Positions 27,644-37,894 are shown, counted from the stretch's first letter. The stretch: DNA of 64,000 bases from Candidatus Woesearchaeota archaeon (GCA_014729995.1 WJIZ01000044.1:14330-78329); one strand, 5' to 3'. Made by a program: numbers and translations. Notes: generated by a model not told the origin, from the letters alone.

Positions 27644-27999
27644 TTTTCTATTCACCCCCCTTTTTAACAAGAAAAATTCCTTGTTATAAAAGGGTAAATT
27701 CTAACTACTACTATTAATATGTTACTATTTTTTACCTCGTAACAGTACAGTAACTTCCAATAAGATACATATATTTTTTACTTTTAAGTTAATACAATTA
27801 AACATAACTTATATTTAAATATTTAGATAACAAATACCATATATCTTATCAAACATAAAGGCAGAAAATAGTAATGATATAAGAATAATCATTAGCCCAA
27901 TAACAGCAATGCACCATTTGAACTATTTTGTCATTTCAAAAAATTTATAAAACTTATGCTGATTATTTTTATAAAAAATTTTAAGGGGGAGGGTTTATA

Positions 28000-29244
28000 A
28001 TGGTAAAAATAAAGAACAGGTGGTTTGTGGTTATCGGTGCGGTGCTCATACAGCTTGCATTAGGAGCTATATATGCGTGGTCTGTTTTCACTAAAGCACT
28101 CCAGGAAGCCCCGTATAATTTCTCCACACCGCAAACCCAGGCTATTTTCTCTGCTGGCTTATTTACGTTTGCTCTGGTCATGATTTTCGCAGGAATTAAG
28201 ATGAAAAAAACAGGACCCAGGCCCATGGCTGTTGCCAGCGCCATTGTGTTAGGCCTTGGCTATGTATTAGCTGGATTATTTGGAACTAAGTTCATCACGC
28301 AATTGATCTTTATAGGTATTATTGGTGGAGCAGGTATTGGTCTTGGTTATGTAGTTCCCATAGCAGTAAGCATGAAATGGTTTCCTGATAAAAAAGGACT
28401 TATCTCTGGATTAGCAGTTGCTGGATTCGGATTCGGAGCTACGATATGGGTCAAAGTAGCTGGATCATGGTTCGGCCTTATAACAAAATATGGCATACAA
28501 TCAGTCTTTCTGTGGTATGGGATAGCCTTCGCAGCACTCGTGCTTATAGGTTCTATCTGGATGGTAAACCCTCCTAATAACTATAAACCAAAAGGCTATA
28601 AAGAGCTGGACAAGCAGAAGAAGAAGATTGAAAAGCCTGTTGCAGATTTAGAATGGAAACAGCTGCTTTCCAAATACGGATTTTGGGCTATATGGTTTAT
28701 TTTTATCGTAAGCGGAGGCGCTGGTTTGATGGTAATCGGCACAATCAAGTTGTTTGGCATTGACGCCCTCACAGGAAAGATAGGCGCATTAGCAGCTGGT
28801 GGTGCTGCAGGCACAGCCATGGCATGGTATGCTATCTTCAACGGTCTCGGAAGGATTGTCTGGGGAAAAATCTCAGATAACATAGGCCCAAAATGGGCGA
28901 TCTTTCTTATGACTCTGATACAGGGAATATTGATGTTGACTTTCTTTAAGGTAGGTACAACAGCAGTCACGCTTGCTGTGTATGCCAGTGCAATTGGGTT
29001 TAATTTTGGTGGAAATTTTGCCCTATTCCCTGTAGCTACAGCAAAACTCTTCGGTACAAAGAACGTAGGCAGTAATTATCCGTTTGTCTTTACTGCATAT
29101 GGCATAGCAGGAATAGCAGGACCCTTACTTGGTGGATTTGTCAGGGAATCAACAGGCTCTTTCCTTATGGCCTTTATTCCGGCAGGAATAGCATGCATAG
29201 TTGGAGCACTGGTTGCTCTCACGATTAAAACCCAGAAAAATTAA
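28000..29244 (+). CDS. MFS transporter, oxalate/formate antiporter (OFA)-like
   Basis: 12 predicted TM segments. N-terminal RWFVVIGAVLIQLALGAIYAWSVF is typical of the OFA family. GGGGGAGGG SD upstream. Confidence 0.8.
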   Translation: MVKIKNRWFVVIGAVLIQLALGAIYAWSVFTKALQEAPYNFSTPQTQAIFSAGLFTFALVMIFAGIKMKKTGPRPMAVASAIVLGLGYVLAGLFGTKFITQLIFIGIIGGAGIGLGYVVPIAVSMKWFPDKKGLISGLAVAGFGFGATIWVKVAGSWFGLITKYGIQSVFLWYGIAFAALVLIGSIWMVNPPNNYKPKGYKELDKQKKKIEKPVADLEWKQLLSKYGFWAIWFIFIVSGGAGLMVIGTIKLFGIDALTGKIGALAAGGAAGTAMAWYAIFNGLGRIVWGKISDNIGPKWAIFLMTLIQGILMLTFFKVGTTAVTLAVYASAIGFNFGGNFALFPVATAKLFGTKNVGSNYPFVFTAYGIAGIAGPLLGGFVRESTGSFLMAFIPAGIACIVGALVALTIKTQKN

Positions 29245-29264
29245 ATATTTTTTATTATTATTTT

Positions 29265-31952
29265 CTACTTTTTCTCTAAATCATAGACAACATTATATAT
29301 ATTCTCATCCTTGTCAAAAGTCAGATTACACCCTTTCTTCTTGAAAAGATTTATCATCTTAGTGTTACCTGCTAATGCAGCAGCAATCATCCTCTTCCAC
29401 CCTTTATCGCGTGCAATGTCCATTATATGGTCAAATAGAATTTCTCCCAGTCCTTTGCTCTGCCATTCATCCCTAAGCACTATAGCAAATTCAGCTGTCT
29501 CATGATTTGCGTCTCCTGTCATCCTCACAACTCCAAGTATCTTTTTCTTTCCTTCTTCCCCTATGACAGGAACAATAGCTATCTCCCTGCTATAATCATT
29601 GAAAGTATATCTCACCCTCTTATTATGGGGCATATCTTTTATTATATGAAAAAAACGATATCTCATCGTCTCTTCAGAAAATGAATTGAACATATCGATC
29701 CACATCGGCTCATCCTCAGGCTTTATAGGCCTTAAGACCATCTTTCTGCCTTCAAACTCGATCTTCTTAACATATTGTTTCGGATAAGGGCTTATAACTA
29801 GATGATCATGTGGGTGTACATCCTTATTTTTGAAATAACCCTCATCCAGTACCATCCTAGCATCTAGAGCAACGCAATGTTCATCGCATATTTTTAGAGG
29901 ATTTAGGTCTATCTCTTTTATCTCAGGAAGCTCAACAAGAAGCTTAGAGAATTTTACAAGTACTTCTTCGAGCAATCCAAGATTCGCAGGGTGGATATTC
30001 CTATATCCTTTTTTTAGAAAATCATATATTTTAGTGCCCTCCATCAGCCTCCTTGCCAAGGTCTGGTTGAGAGGAGGCAATCCAATGGTCTTATCTTTCA
30101 AAGCCTCGACAGCCACGCCCCCCATTCCAAATAGCACAACAGTTCCAAATAAGGAGTCTTTCTTGCTGCCAACGATGATCTCATAGCATTTCTTCGCAGC
30201 CATTCTTTGCACAGTGATACCATCTATCCTGGCATCTGTTTTGAATTTCTTAGCATTATCTATTATCTCATCAAATTTATTCTTTGCATCCTGTTCGCCT
30301 TTTATATCAAGAACAACACAGTTAGCGTCGGACTTATGTGTTATGTCCTCGCTTTGTATCTTCATGACAACAGGAAAACCTATTTCCTTAGAAAGAGCAG
30401 CAGCTTCATCCCTATTCTTTGCTAACTTAGGTAAAGTTGTCTTGATACCATAATTTTCAAGAATTTCCTTAGATTCTAGTTCTGATAATGTTGTTCTGTT
30501 AGAATCAAAGATATTTCTAAGTTTCGACTTGATTTCTTCATTAGATATCTCTGCTTCTGATATTTCACTTGGAGTTTCATACAATAATTCAATATTTCTT
30601 GTATATTGATACATATTAAGAAATGTCTTGACAGCTTGCTCTGGAGTATCATATTCTGGGATATTACCCTCCCTTAACGCCTGTCTACCTTCAGTGACTA
30701 AAGAAGCGCCCATCCACGAAGCCAATATTGGCTTCTTATGCCCTTTTGCTTTTTCAACCAATAATTTAGCTGTCTCTGTTGATTCAGTCATAGCCTGAGG
30801 TGTCAAGATAACTAAAGCCCCATCGATATCTTTATCTTGTAAGCAGATATCAAGAGCATCTGCGTACCTTTTTGCACTCGCATCTCCTAGTATATCTACA
30901 GGATTTGACCTAGACCAAAATTCAGGTAATGCATCATTTAACCTATTGATTGTACATTCAGAGAGTTCTGCTAGTTTTCCACCATGTTTGATTAAAGAAT
31001 CAACAGCCATCACCCCCGGACCGCCTGCATTTGTTATTATTGCCAGCCTATTTCCATAGGGTCTTGGCTGTTTTGCTAAAGTCTCTGCACAGTTGAACAA
31101 ATCATCTACCTCATCTACTCGTACAATGCCTGCTCTTTTGAAAACTGCATCATATATATCATCTTCTCCGGCTAGTGCTCCTGTATGGGATGCCACAGCT
31201 TTAGCTCCTTCTGCTACTCTTCCTGATTTGATTACGATGATTGGCTTGTTCATAGCAAAACCACGGGCTGCGCTCATGAATCTTCTTGCTTCTGTTATAG
31301 ACTCAATATAAAGTATGATGCTATCAGTGCTATTATCAGCTCCGAAATAATCTATCATATCCCCAAAATTCACGTCCAGCATACTTCCTAACGATATAAA
31401 ATTGCTGAAGCCTATATTATTAGATAAAGCCCAATCCAGGATTGCTGTTCCTAATGCTCCGCTTTGGGATATAAAAGCGATCTTTCCCGGAGCAACAGTA
31501 TTCTTAGCAAAACTAGCATTCAATTTTATCTTCGGCCTGATAACACCGAGACAGTTTGGGCCGATTACCCTTAGATCATATTTTTTTCTTATCTCCTCAA
31601 TCTCTCCCATGGCTCTCCTGCCTTCTTCCCCCATCTCAGCAAATCCTGCAGAAATTATGACTATGCCTTTGATACCATTATCCCCGCATTCCTCGACCAG
31701 CCCAGCCACAGTAGGGGCAGGTGTGCAGATAACTGCCATATCGACCTTTTCAGGCAATTCGGAAGCAGATTTAAAAGCCTTAACTCCCTGCACACTATTG
31801 CGCTTTGGATTTATAGGAAAGACAACTCCATCATATCCCGAGCCTATCAGGTTATTGAAGATTATATAGCCCACGCTTCCCTGCCTATCAGAAGCCCCTA
31901 TAACAGCTATACTCTTAGGATCGAATATTTTTTCAAGATTTCTTGTTGACAT
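29265..31952 (-). CDS. ADP-forming acyl-CoA synthetase-like (CoA-binding / CoA-ligase / ATP-grasp) protein fused to a C-terminal GNAT acetyltransferase (Pat-like)
   Basis: N-terminal KSIAVIGASDRQGSVGY CoA-binding motif and SHTGALAG phosphohistidine-loop motif (His codon at 31185-31187). ATP-grasp in the middle. C-terminal GNAT (AIVLRDEWQSKGLGEILFDHIMDIARDKGWKRM). Confidence 0.85.
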   Translation of the reverse strand: MSTRNLEKIFDPKSIAVIGASDRQGSVGYIIFNNLIGSGYDGVVFPINPKRNSVQGVKAFKSASELPEKVDMAVICTPAPTVAGLVEECGDNGIKGIVIISAGFAEMGEEGRRAMGEIEEIRKKYDLRVIGPNCLGVIRPKIKLNASFAKNTVAPGKIAFISQSGALGTAILDWALSNNIGFSNFISLGSMLDVNFGDMIDYFGADNSTDSIILYIESITEARRFMSAARGFAMNKPIIVIKSGRVAEGAKAVASHTGALAGEDDIYDAVFKRAGIVRVDEVDDLFNCAETLAKQPRPYGNRLAIITNAGGPGVMAVDSLIKHGGKLAELSECTINRLNDALPEFWSRSNPVDILGDASAKRYADALDICLQDKDIDGALVILTPQAMTESTETAKLLVEKAKGHKKPILASWMGASLVTEGRQALREGNIPEYDTPEQAVKTFLNMYQYTRNIELLYETPSEISEAEISNEEIKSKLRNIFDSNRTTLSELESKEILENYGIKTTLPKLAKNRDEAAALSKEIGFPVVMKIQSEDITHKSDANCVVLDIKGEQDAKNKFDEIIDNAKKFKTDARIDGITVQRMAAKKCYEIIVGSKKDSLFGTVVLFGMGGVAVEALKDKTIGLPPLNQTLARRLMEGTKIYDFLKKGYRNIHPANLGLLEEVLVKFSKLLVELPEIKEIDLNPLKICDEHCVALDARMVLDEGYFKNKDVHPHDHLVISPYPKQYVKKIEFEGRKMVLRPIKPEDEPMWIDMFNSFSEETMRYRFFHIIKDMPHNKRVRYTFNDYSREIAIVPVIGEEGKKKILGVVRMTGDANHETAEFAIVLRDEWQSKGLGEILFDHIMDIARDKGWKRMIAAALAGNTKMINLFKKKGCNLTFDKDENIYNVVYDLEKK

Positions 31953-32002
31953 TTTATCAAAAGGGAGATAAGAACTTAGCTTAAAGCTTTCGGTTTTGGG
32001 TA

Positions 32003-32968
32003 CTAATTAAGATTCCAGTAAGGCTTAAGATTCTCCTTCAGCTGTGCAAAATTATCCTCGAATTTCTTCCTGTTGTATGCGATTGTAGTTGTTTTTGGAT
32101 CATCATTAAATTTCGGCTCTGCGCCATTTACTCCGTCCTTGAAGCTCATGGCACATTTAGCAAGCCACACCGGGTCATATCCTCCTTCTAAAGTCGCAAA
32201 AGATTTCTTAAAATTTTCTCTTAACAGTCTGCCTGTTTCATAATATGCATGCAGGCTATAGCCCAGATCACATATAGGATCAGAATGATGGCCGTCAAAT
32301 CCTGCTCCGCAGCATACGATATCAGGCTTGAATTGGTCCCTGATCATAGGGATGAAAAAATTCAGAGTCTCAAAATATATATCATCTCCTGTCTTCGACA
32401 CTATAGGGATATTGATAGTGTGCCCCTTGGCATCTCCTGCTCCTATCTCATTTACAAAGCCATTTCCTGGATAATAAGGATACTGATGCAGTGACATATA
32501 TACGACACTGGGATTTCTATAAAAGATCTCAGCAGTGCCATTGCCATAATGGCAGTCAAAGTCAAGGATGAAAACCTTTTTTCCTTCATTCACTAATTTC
32601 TGTACTGCTATAGCAGTACTATTGAAAACACAGAAGCCCATTGCCCTATCAGCAGTTGCATGATGCCCGGGAGGCCTCACTAAAGCAAAATCTCCTTTAT
32701 CAGCAGCCTGGATAGTTGCTCCCACAGCATAACACGCTGCTTGATATGTTTTTGGGCATGTTTTGGTATCAGAGTCCAGATCCCTTGATTCAGAGCATGC
32801 TTTTTTGACAAAATCAATATATGTTTTAGGATGAATAAGAAAAAGATATTTCTCACCATTGGTTATCTTACTTTCTTTCACGTTCTTCAGATAATCGAAC
32901 CTTCTTATGCTCTCCGGATGAATCCCTGTATCATGCTCAAGAAATATTCTATTGTAGACAAATTCCAT
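32003..32968 (-). CDS. Zn-dependent histone-deacetylase-family (AcuC/HDAC-like) deacetylase
   Basis: RPPGHHA, DFDCHYGNGT, GAGFDGHHSDP and LEGGY motifs. The Zn ligands and catalytic Tyr are present. Confidence 0.85.
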   Translation of the reverse strand: MEFVYNRIFLEHDTGIHPESIRRFDYLKNVKESKITNGEKYLFLIHPKTYIDFVKKACSESRDLDSDTKTCPKTYQAACYAVGATIQAADKGDFALVRPPGHHATADRAMGFCVFNSTAIAVQKLVNEGKKVFILDFDCHYGNGTAEIFYRNPSVVYMSLHQYPYYPGNGFVNEIGAGDAKGHTINIPIVSKTGDDIYFETLNFFIPMIRDQFKPDIVCCGAGFDGHHSDPICDLGYSLHAYYETGRLLRENFKKSFATLEGGYDPVWLAKCAMSFKDGVNGAEPKFNDDPKTTTIAYNRKKFEDNFAQLKENLKPYWNLN

Positions 32969-33007
32969 AAATTTGTGTAATTTTCAGAAATTTAAATACT
33001 TTTTCTA

Positions 33008-33556
33008 TTATTTAACTATCTTAGAAATTTCCTTAAAATGCTCATCCTTGCTGTCCTCAATCATCTGGAAAATAATCATCTCGGCAGTCACTAATTTCAC
33101 TCCTTCTCTCTCCAGCCTTCGCAATACAATATCATAATCGCTTTTCTTTCTTGAAGAAACTGCATCAGAAGCTAGATAAACAAAATATCCATCTTCCAAT
33201 GCACTCAACGCTGTCTGAAAAACACAGACATGAGACTCTATCCCGCATATTATTAGATTCTTTTTCCCTTTTTTTCCAATTAATTCTAAAAATCCATTAT
33301 CATTAAAACAATTAAAACTTACTTTCTCAATCTTTTCGCTGTTTTTTAGCTCTTCCCTTAATTCCTTTACTGTTTCCCCCAATCCTTTTGGATATTGCTC
33401 TGTAACTATAATTGGAATTCCCAAGAGATTAACAGTCTTGATAAGCTTCCTGGAGTTATCAACCAGCTCGCCAAACTCATAAATAACAGGCCTGAATTTT
33501 TCCTGTATATCAATAACTAGCAGCAAAGAATTGTCTGCGCTTATATTATCCTCCAT
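33008..33556 (-). CDS. Isochorismatase-family (cysteine) hydrolase
   Basis: LLLVIDIQEKF (Asp), ...K..., LIICGIESHVCVFQTA (Cys) gives the family's catalytic-triad pattern. Confidence 0.85.
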   Translation of the reverse strand: MEDNISADNSLLLVIDIQEKFRPVIYEFGELVDNSRKLIKTVNLLGIPIIVTEQYPKGLGETVKELREELKNSEKIEKVSFNCFNDNGFLELIGKKGKKNLIICGIESHVCVFQTALSALEDGYFVYLASDAVSSRKKSDYDIVLRRLEREGVKLVTAEMIIFQMIEDSKDEHFKEISKIVK

Positions 33557-33589
33557 AAGAAATAGAAATAAAAAGATAAATAAAAAACT

Positions 33590-35554
33590 TTACTTTCTGT
33601 CCTTAATCAAGACATCAACAACAGATGGGTCAGCTAAAGTTGTCGTGTTGCCTACATCATCCTTGCCTTCTGCAAGAGCCTTAAGAATTCTTCTCATGAT
33701 CTTCCCGCTTCTTGTTTTCGGCAAAGCATCTGCAAACTGTACCTTATCAGGCTTGGCTATCGGTCCTATTTCCTTTCCGACATGATTCCTCAGTTCAGTC
33801 ATCAGCTCTTCAGACTTTTCCACTCCTTTGTTCAATGTTACGAAACAATAAAGTGCCTGTCCTTTTACATCGTGCGGAAAAGGAACAACAGCTGCCTCAG
33901 CTACAGCATCATGGCTTACCAAGGCGCTCTCCACTTCAGCAGTCCCTATCCTGTGCCCGCTTACATTAATAACATCATCGATTCTTCCCATCAGCCATAT
34001 ATCGCCGTCCTCATCAATTCTCGCGCCGTCTCCTGCTGCGTAATATCCCTTGAATCTGCTCCAGTATGTGTCGATAAATCTCTGGTGATCCCCATAGACT
34101 GTCCTCATCAGGCCCGGCCAAGGCTTTTTCATCACCAGATAGCCGCCCTCGTTAACATCTGCTTTTGAACCATCCTCACGCAATACGCCGGGCTCGATTC
34201 CGAATAATGGCCTTCCTGCACAGCTCGGCTTCATTGTTATCGCTCCTGGTAAGGTTGTAATTAAGATTCCTCCTGTTTCTGTCTGCCACCATGTATCAAC
34301 TATAGGGCAGTTCTCTTTTCCTATATTTTTATAATACCACATCCATGCTTCCGGATTAATCGGCTCTCCCACTGTTCCCAGGAGCTTTAAGCTCGACAAA
34401 TCATGCTTATCTATAGGCTCAGTTCCAAATCTTGCAATAGCTCTTATTGCTGTTGGCGCTGTATAGAATATATTTACCTTGAATTTCTCGACAATCTGCC
34501 AAAACCTGTCATTATCCGGATAAGTAGGCACTCCCTCAAACATCATTGAAGTCGCTCCATTGGACAATGGCCCGTACACGATATAGCTGTGCCCTGTTAT
34601 CCAGCCCACATCAGCTGTGCACCAATAAATGTCTCCGTCATGATAGTCAAACACATACTTGAATGTCTGTGTAACATATGTTAGATATCCTCCTGTGGTA
34701 TGTAAGACGCCTTTGGGCTTGCCTGTTGTTCCTGACGTATACAATATAAACAACGGGTCTTCAGCATCCATATGCTCTGCCTCGCACTCATCTGAAATAT
34801 CACCTGAATTTAGCTCATCTTCCCAGTAATAGTCTCTTCCTTCCTTCATATTATGCTCCGCTTCCGCTCTCTTTGCAACTATCACAGATTCGATGCAGTC
34901 GACTCCCTGCAACGCTTCATCTGCGATCTTTTTCAGGGGAATCTTTTTCCCGGCGCGAAGGCCTCCGTCAGCAGTGAGCAAAATTTTACAGGTCGAGTCA
35001 AGAATCCTGTCCTTCAGGGATTCAGCGCTGAAGCCTGCAAACACGACAGAGTGCATTGCTCCAATTCTTGCACAGGCAAGCATCGCGACTGCTGCTTCCG
35101 GAATCATGGGCATGTATAAGCATACCCTATCACCTTTTTTTACCCCTTTCTTCTTGAGGACATTGGCAAATCTGCAAACTCGTTTGTGCAGCTCCTTGTA
35201 AGTTATCTTCTGCATATCATCTTCCGGCTCGCCCTGCCATATTATAGCTGTTTGGTCTCCTCTTTCATCAAGGTGCCTGTCCAGGCAGTTGTAGCAGACA
35301 TTTGTCTTACCTCCCTTAAACCATGTAAACTTGACATTTTCCTTGTCCCATGTAAAAACATCATCCCATTCCTTGAACCAATGCAGCTCCTTGGCCTTCT
35401 CGCTCCAGAATTTCCCAGGCTCCTTGATTGACTCTTCATAAAGCTTCTTATATTCCTCTTCAGATTTAATATAAGCTTTATTCCTGAAACTCTCTGGTGG
35501 CTCTATTCTTCTCTTCTCCTGGCTCATAGATTTTATAGTATTTTCTTCTGGCAT
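33590..35554 (-). CDS. acs: Acetyl-CoA synthetase (AMP-forming)
   Basis: [12 protein letters not shown], and C-terminal [14 protein letters not shown] containing the conserved regulatory Lys (codon 33701-33703). GAGGAGGGG SD upstream. Confidence 0.95.
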   Translation of the reverse strand: MPEENTIKSMSQEKRRIEPPESFRNKAYIKSEEEYKKLYEESIKEPGKFWSEKAKELHWFKEWDDVFTWDKENVKFTWFKGGKTNVCYNCLDRHLDERGDQTAIIWQGEPEDDMQKITYKELHKRVCRFANVLKKKGVKKGDRVCLYMPMIPEAAVAMLACARIGAMHSVVFAGFSAESLKDRILDSTCKILLTADGGLRAGKKIPLKKIADEALQGVDCIESVIVAKRAEAEHNMKEGRDYYWEDELNSGDISDECEAEHMDAEDPLFILYTSGTTGKPKGVLHTTGGYLTYVTQTFKYVFDYHDGDIYWCTADVGWITGHSYIVYGPLSNGATSMMFEGVPTYPDNDRFWQIVEKFKVNIFYTAPTAIRAIARFGTEPIDKHDLSSLKLLGTVGEPINPEAWMWYYKNIGKENCPIVDTWWQTETGGILITTLPGAITMKPSCAGRPLFGIEPGVLREDGSKADVNEGGYLVMKKPWPGLMRTVYGDHQRFIDTYWSRFKGYYAAGDGARIDEDGDIWLMGRIDDVINVSGHRIGTAEVESALVSHDAVAEAAVVPFPHDVKGQALYCFVTLNKGVEKSEELMTELRNHVGKEIGPIAKPDKVQFADALPKTRSGKIMRRILKALAEGKDDVGNTTTLADPSVVDVLIKDRK

Positions 35555-35663
35555 AAAATCCCCTCCTCAAATTAATATCAAAACGTATCTGGAAATTGTT
35601 TATAAGGTTTTTGGAAAATTTAATATATACAATAAATTGGTATTCTAAAAAATTTTTATATTA

Positions 35664-36867
35664 GTGACTTATAGAATTATTATGCATATCAATATCTTAA
35701 AAATTCTTAAGGAACTTGAAATCCACAAACTCGATACAGACTCATCGATTGAATGGCAAGACGAAAAAAGGAAGAAACAGATAAGAGAATTAATTGAAAG
35801 TTTGGAGGAACTAATAAAAGAAGGAGAGGTATCCAGTATAGATTTAAAACAATGTGAAAATCTAATTCTGTTCCTAAGAAAAGTACAGGAAGCTTATAAG
35901 GGAGACAAGAAAGCGAATGGGTGGATATCACAATTTCCGAGCGTTAAGACTGTTTATGAAATCGATTCAAAAATTGATACCATCGTTCATAACCTTCACT
36001 CTAAACTTAAACACTTGCCCTCTATAACCATTGTCATTTCAATGTACAATTCTAAACAGAGTGTAATTGATATCACTAGGGCCCTATTGTTTGATAGCAT
36101 TATAAAAAATGTTCCATCAGATGTAGAGATTATTTTAATAGACGATAATTCTCCATTAAGAAAAGAAACAGATCTAATCGTCAGAGAATTAATGAGTAAA
36201 AGAAATATTGTTTTTATTCGTAATAGCCTCAACTTAGGATTTTCAGGTAGCTACAATATCGGTTTAAGACGGGCGAGGGGAGATATAGTCTTCATGGCAA
36301 ATAGTGATATAAGAATAACACCGGGGTCAATTGAATCCATATCTGAAGTCATGCGATACCATCCAGGATGTGGCATTATTGGATGCATCTTTTCTGATAC
36401 GATGGGATACAAACCACAATTTAGTCCATATAAATTAGAGTCTTTAACTCAAGAAGAGATATCTAAATTGGACGCCTTCGCACAGAAATTTAGAAAAACC
36501 CATAATGGCTCAAGAGTTGTCAACTGGGTAATTGGAAGTTTTTTGGAATTCATAGAGATGTAATTCAAACAATAGGATATCTTGATGAAAATTTTAAGTT
36601 TGGTTATCATGAAGAAAGTGAATATTGCATACGTGCAGGAAAAGCCGGATTTTCATGCTTAATAGACAATACTACTTTTCTATATCATGTTGGAAGGCTA
36701 CTTTTAGTACTGTGCCGGTAAAAGCAAGTTTAGCAATGGCAACAAACACACTAAAATTAACAAGAAAATACGGCATTCTGAATTTGTTAAGATTTAGATG
36801 GCAATGGCATCTCTCCAAAAATGACAAAGGTAAGAATTCTAATAATCAATCCTATACCTCAAAATAG
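35664..36867 (+). pseudogene. Family-2 glycosyltransferase disrupted by two single-nucleotide frameshifts
   Basis: The GT2 core (ITIVISMYN...ILIDDNS...MANSDI) is in frame 0 up to 36563. The continuation GSFFGIHRDVIQTIGYLDENFKFGYHEESEYCIRAGKAGF is in a second frame, after a T6 run at 36539-36544. The tail ATFSTVPVKA... is in a third frame from about 36695. Confidence 0.6.
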
Positions 36868-37894
36868 CTCCAATCCCGCCAAGCCCATCCAATTTCTTTC
36901 CGCCTTCATGACCTGAAGATATTATATGCACCTTAGCATCCATAGAATCAGCATTTTTCATAAGCTGGTCTAATTTTTCATACTCGTTCTCCAGCCTTAA
37001 TCTTTCAATCAAGGAATCTGTAACCAGTAAAATGCCGGCCGCGCCGCTATTAACCGCATTCTCGACATCTTTTAGCCCATAGCTTGCTTTGCCGCCTGCC
37101 TTGATTTCCTTCATCAGTTCCTCAACAAGATTTATTTCACTTGTTATCCTGTCAGAAGCCAGCACTTTCTTTACTTCATCTCTTTTCAGCACTTCATTGA
37201 TAGCTGTCTTTCCTGCAGAAGAGCAAGTAGCCATTACCATTTTTTTCCTTAAGCTATCATCATTCAGGTTCTTCAGCAGCTCATCTTTCCAGAATGCGGG
37301 GCTTGCCATGATTATATTATCAAGCTTATAGCGCCGGTCATATTCCTTGAGTTTGCCTATTATCTCATTATAAAAATTGCTGGTCTTGGTCTCAACATCT
37401 TTCTTGGCTACATTGCCCTCAATATGTCCTAATATATCATAGCCGTATTTCTTCATCATTGCGAAAAAAGCCTCTTCCCTGTCAAAAACAACAATCAATA
37501 TGTTAGATATCTTTGAGCCGAAAGCCTCATTCAGCTTGTCTTTCTGGTAATTCAGCCATTTTTCTTTTTCAATGGAAAGCTCTGTCCCCTCCTCAACATT
37601 GAAAGAATGGTGTTCCCCTCTGGATATGTCCTCGGGCCCGCCTTCAATCACTCCCAGAACTCGAAGATTAGCCTGCCCTAACTCGACTTTCTCGGTCCTG
37701 ATCTTGATAAAGACGGGCTTCTTTGCTGTTTTCTGCTTCCTGTCCTCTTCCCCCCTTATCTTAATCTTCCTTATAGTCCTGCCGCTGACTAAATCTCCCT
37801 GCTCAATGACTTGGCTTAAATACCAGAGGTCATCCCGATTCTCTATCTTTATTTTCACATTCCCTTTACGAAAATCTGCATTAATTCTTTTCAT
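36839..37894 (-). CDS. pelA: Pelota (aDom34) mRNA surveillance / ribosome rescue factor
   Basis: IKIENRDDLWYLSQVIEQGDLVSGRTIRKI N-domain and an eRF1-like C-terminal part. Confidence 0.9.
   Translation of the reverse strand: MKRINADFRKGNVKIKIENRDDLWYLSQVIEQGDLVSGRTIRKIKIRGEEDRKQKTAKKPVFIKIRTEKVELGQANLRVLGVIEGGPEDISRGEHHSFNVEEGTELSIEKEKWLNYQKDKLNEAFGSKISNILIVVFDREEAFFAMMKKYGYDILGHIEGNVAKKDVETKTSNFYNEIIGKLKEYDRRYKLDNIIMASPAFWKDELLKNLNDDSLRKKMVMATCSSAGKTAINEVLKRDEVKKVLASDRITSEINLVEELMKEIKAGGKASYGLKDVENAVNSGAAGILLVTDSLIERLRLENEYEKLDQLMKNADSMDAKVHIISSGHEGGKKLDGLGGIGAILRYRIDY

Noticed and set aside
27671-27999. Very AT-rich 330-bp non-coding stretch, considered as a replication origin or ncRNA gene
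   Set aside because: No ORB-like long inverted repeats, no adjacent cdc6/orc1, and only short AT-rich repeats (attttttac twice) that are expected by chance. More simply explained as a divergent promoter region.
36539-36544. Programmed ribosomal frameshift at the T6 run in the GT2 gene
   Set aside because: A second, unrelated frameshift about 155 nt downstream is also needed to restore the protein. Two independent shifts favour decay or sequencing error.
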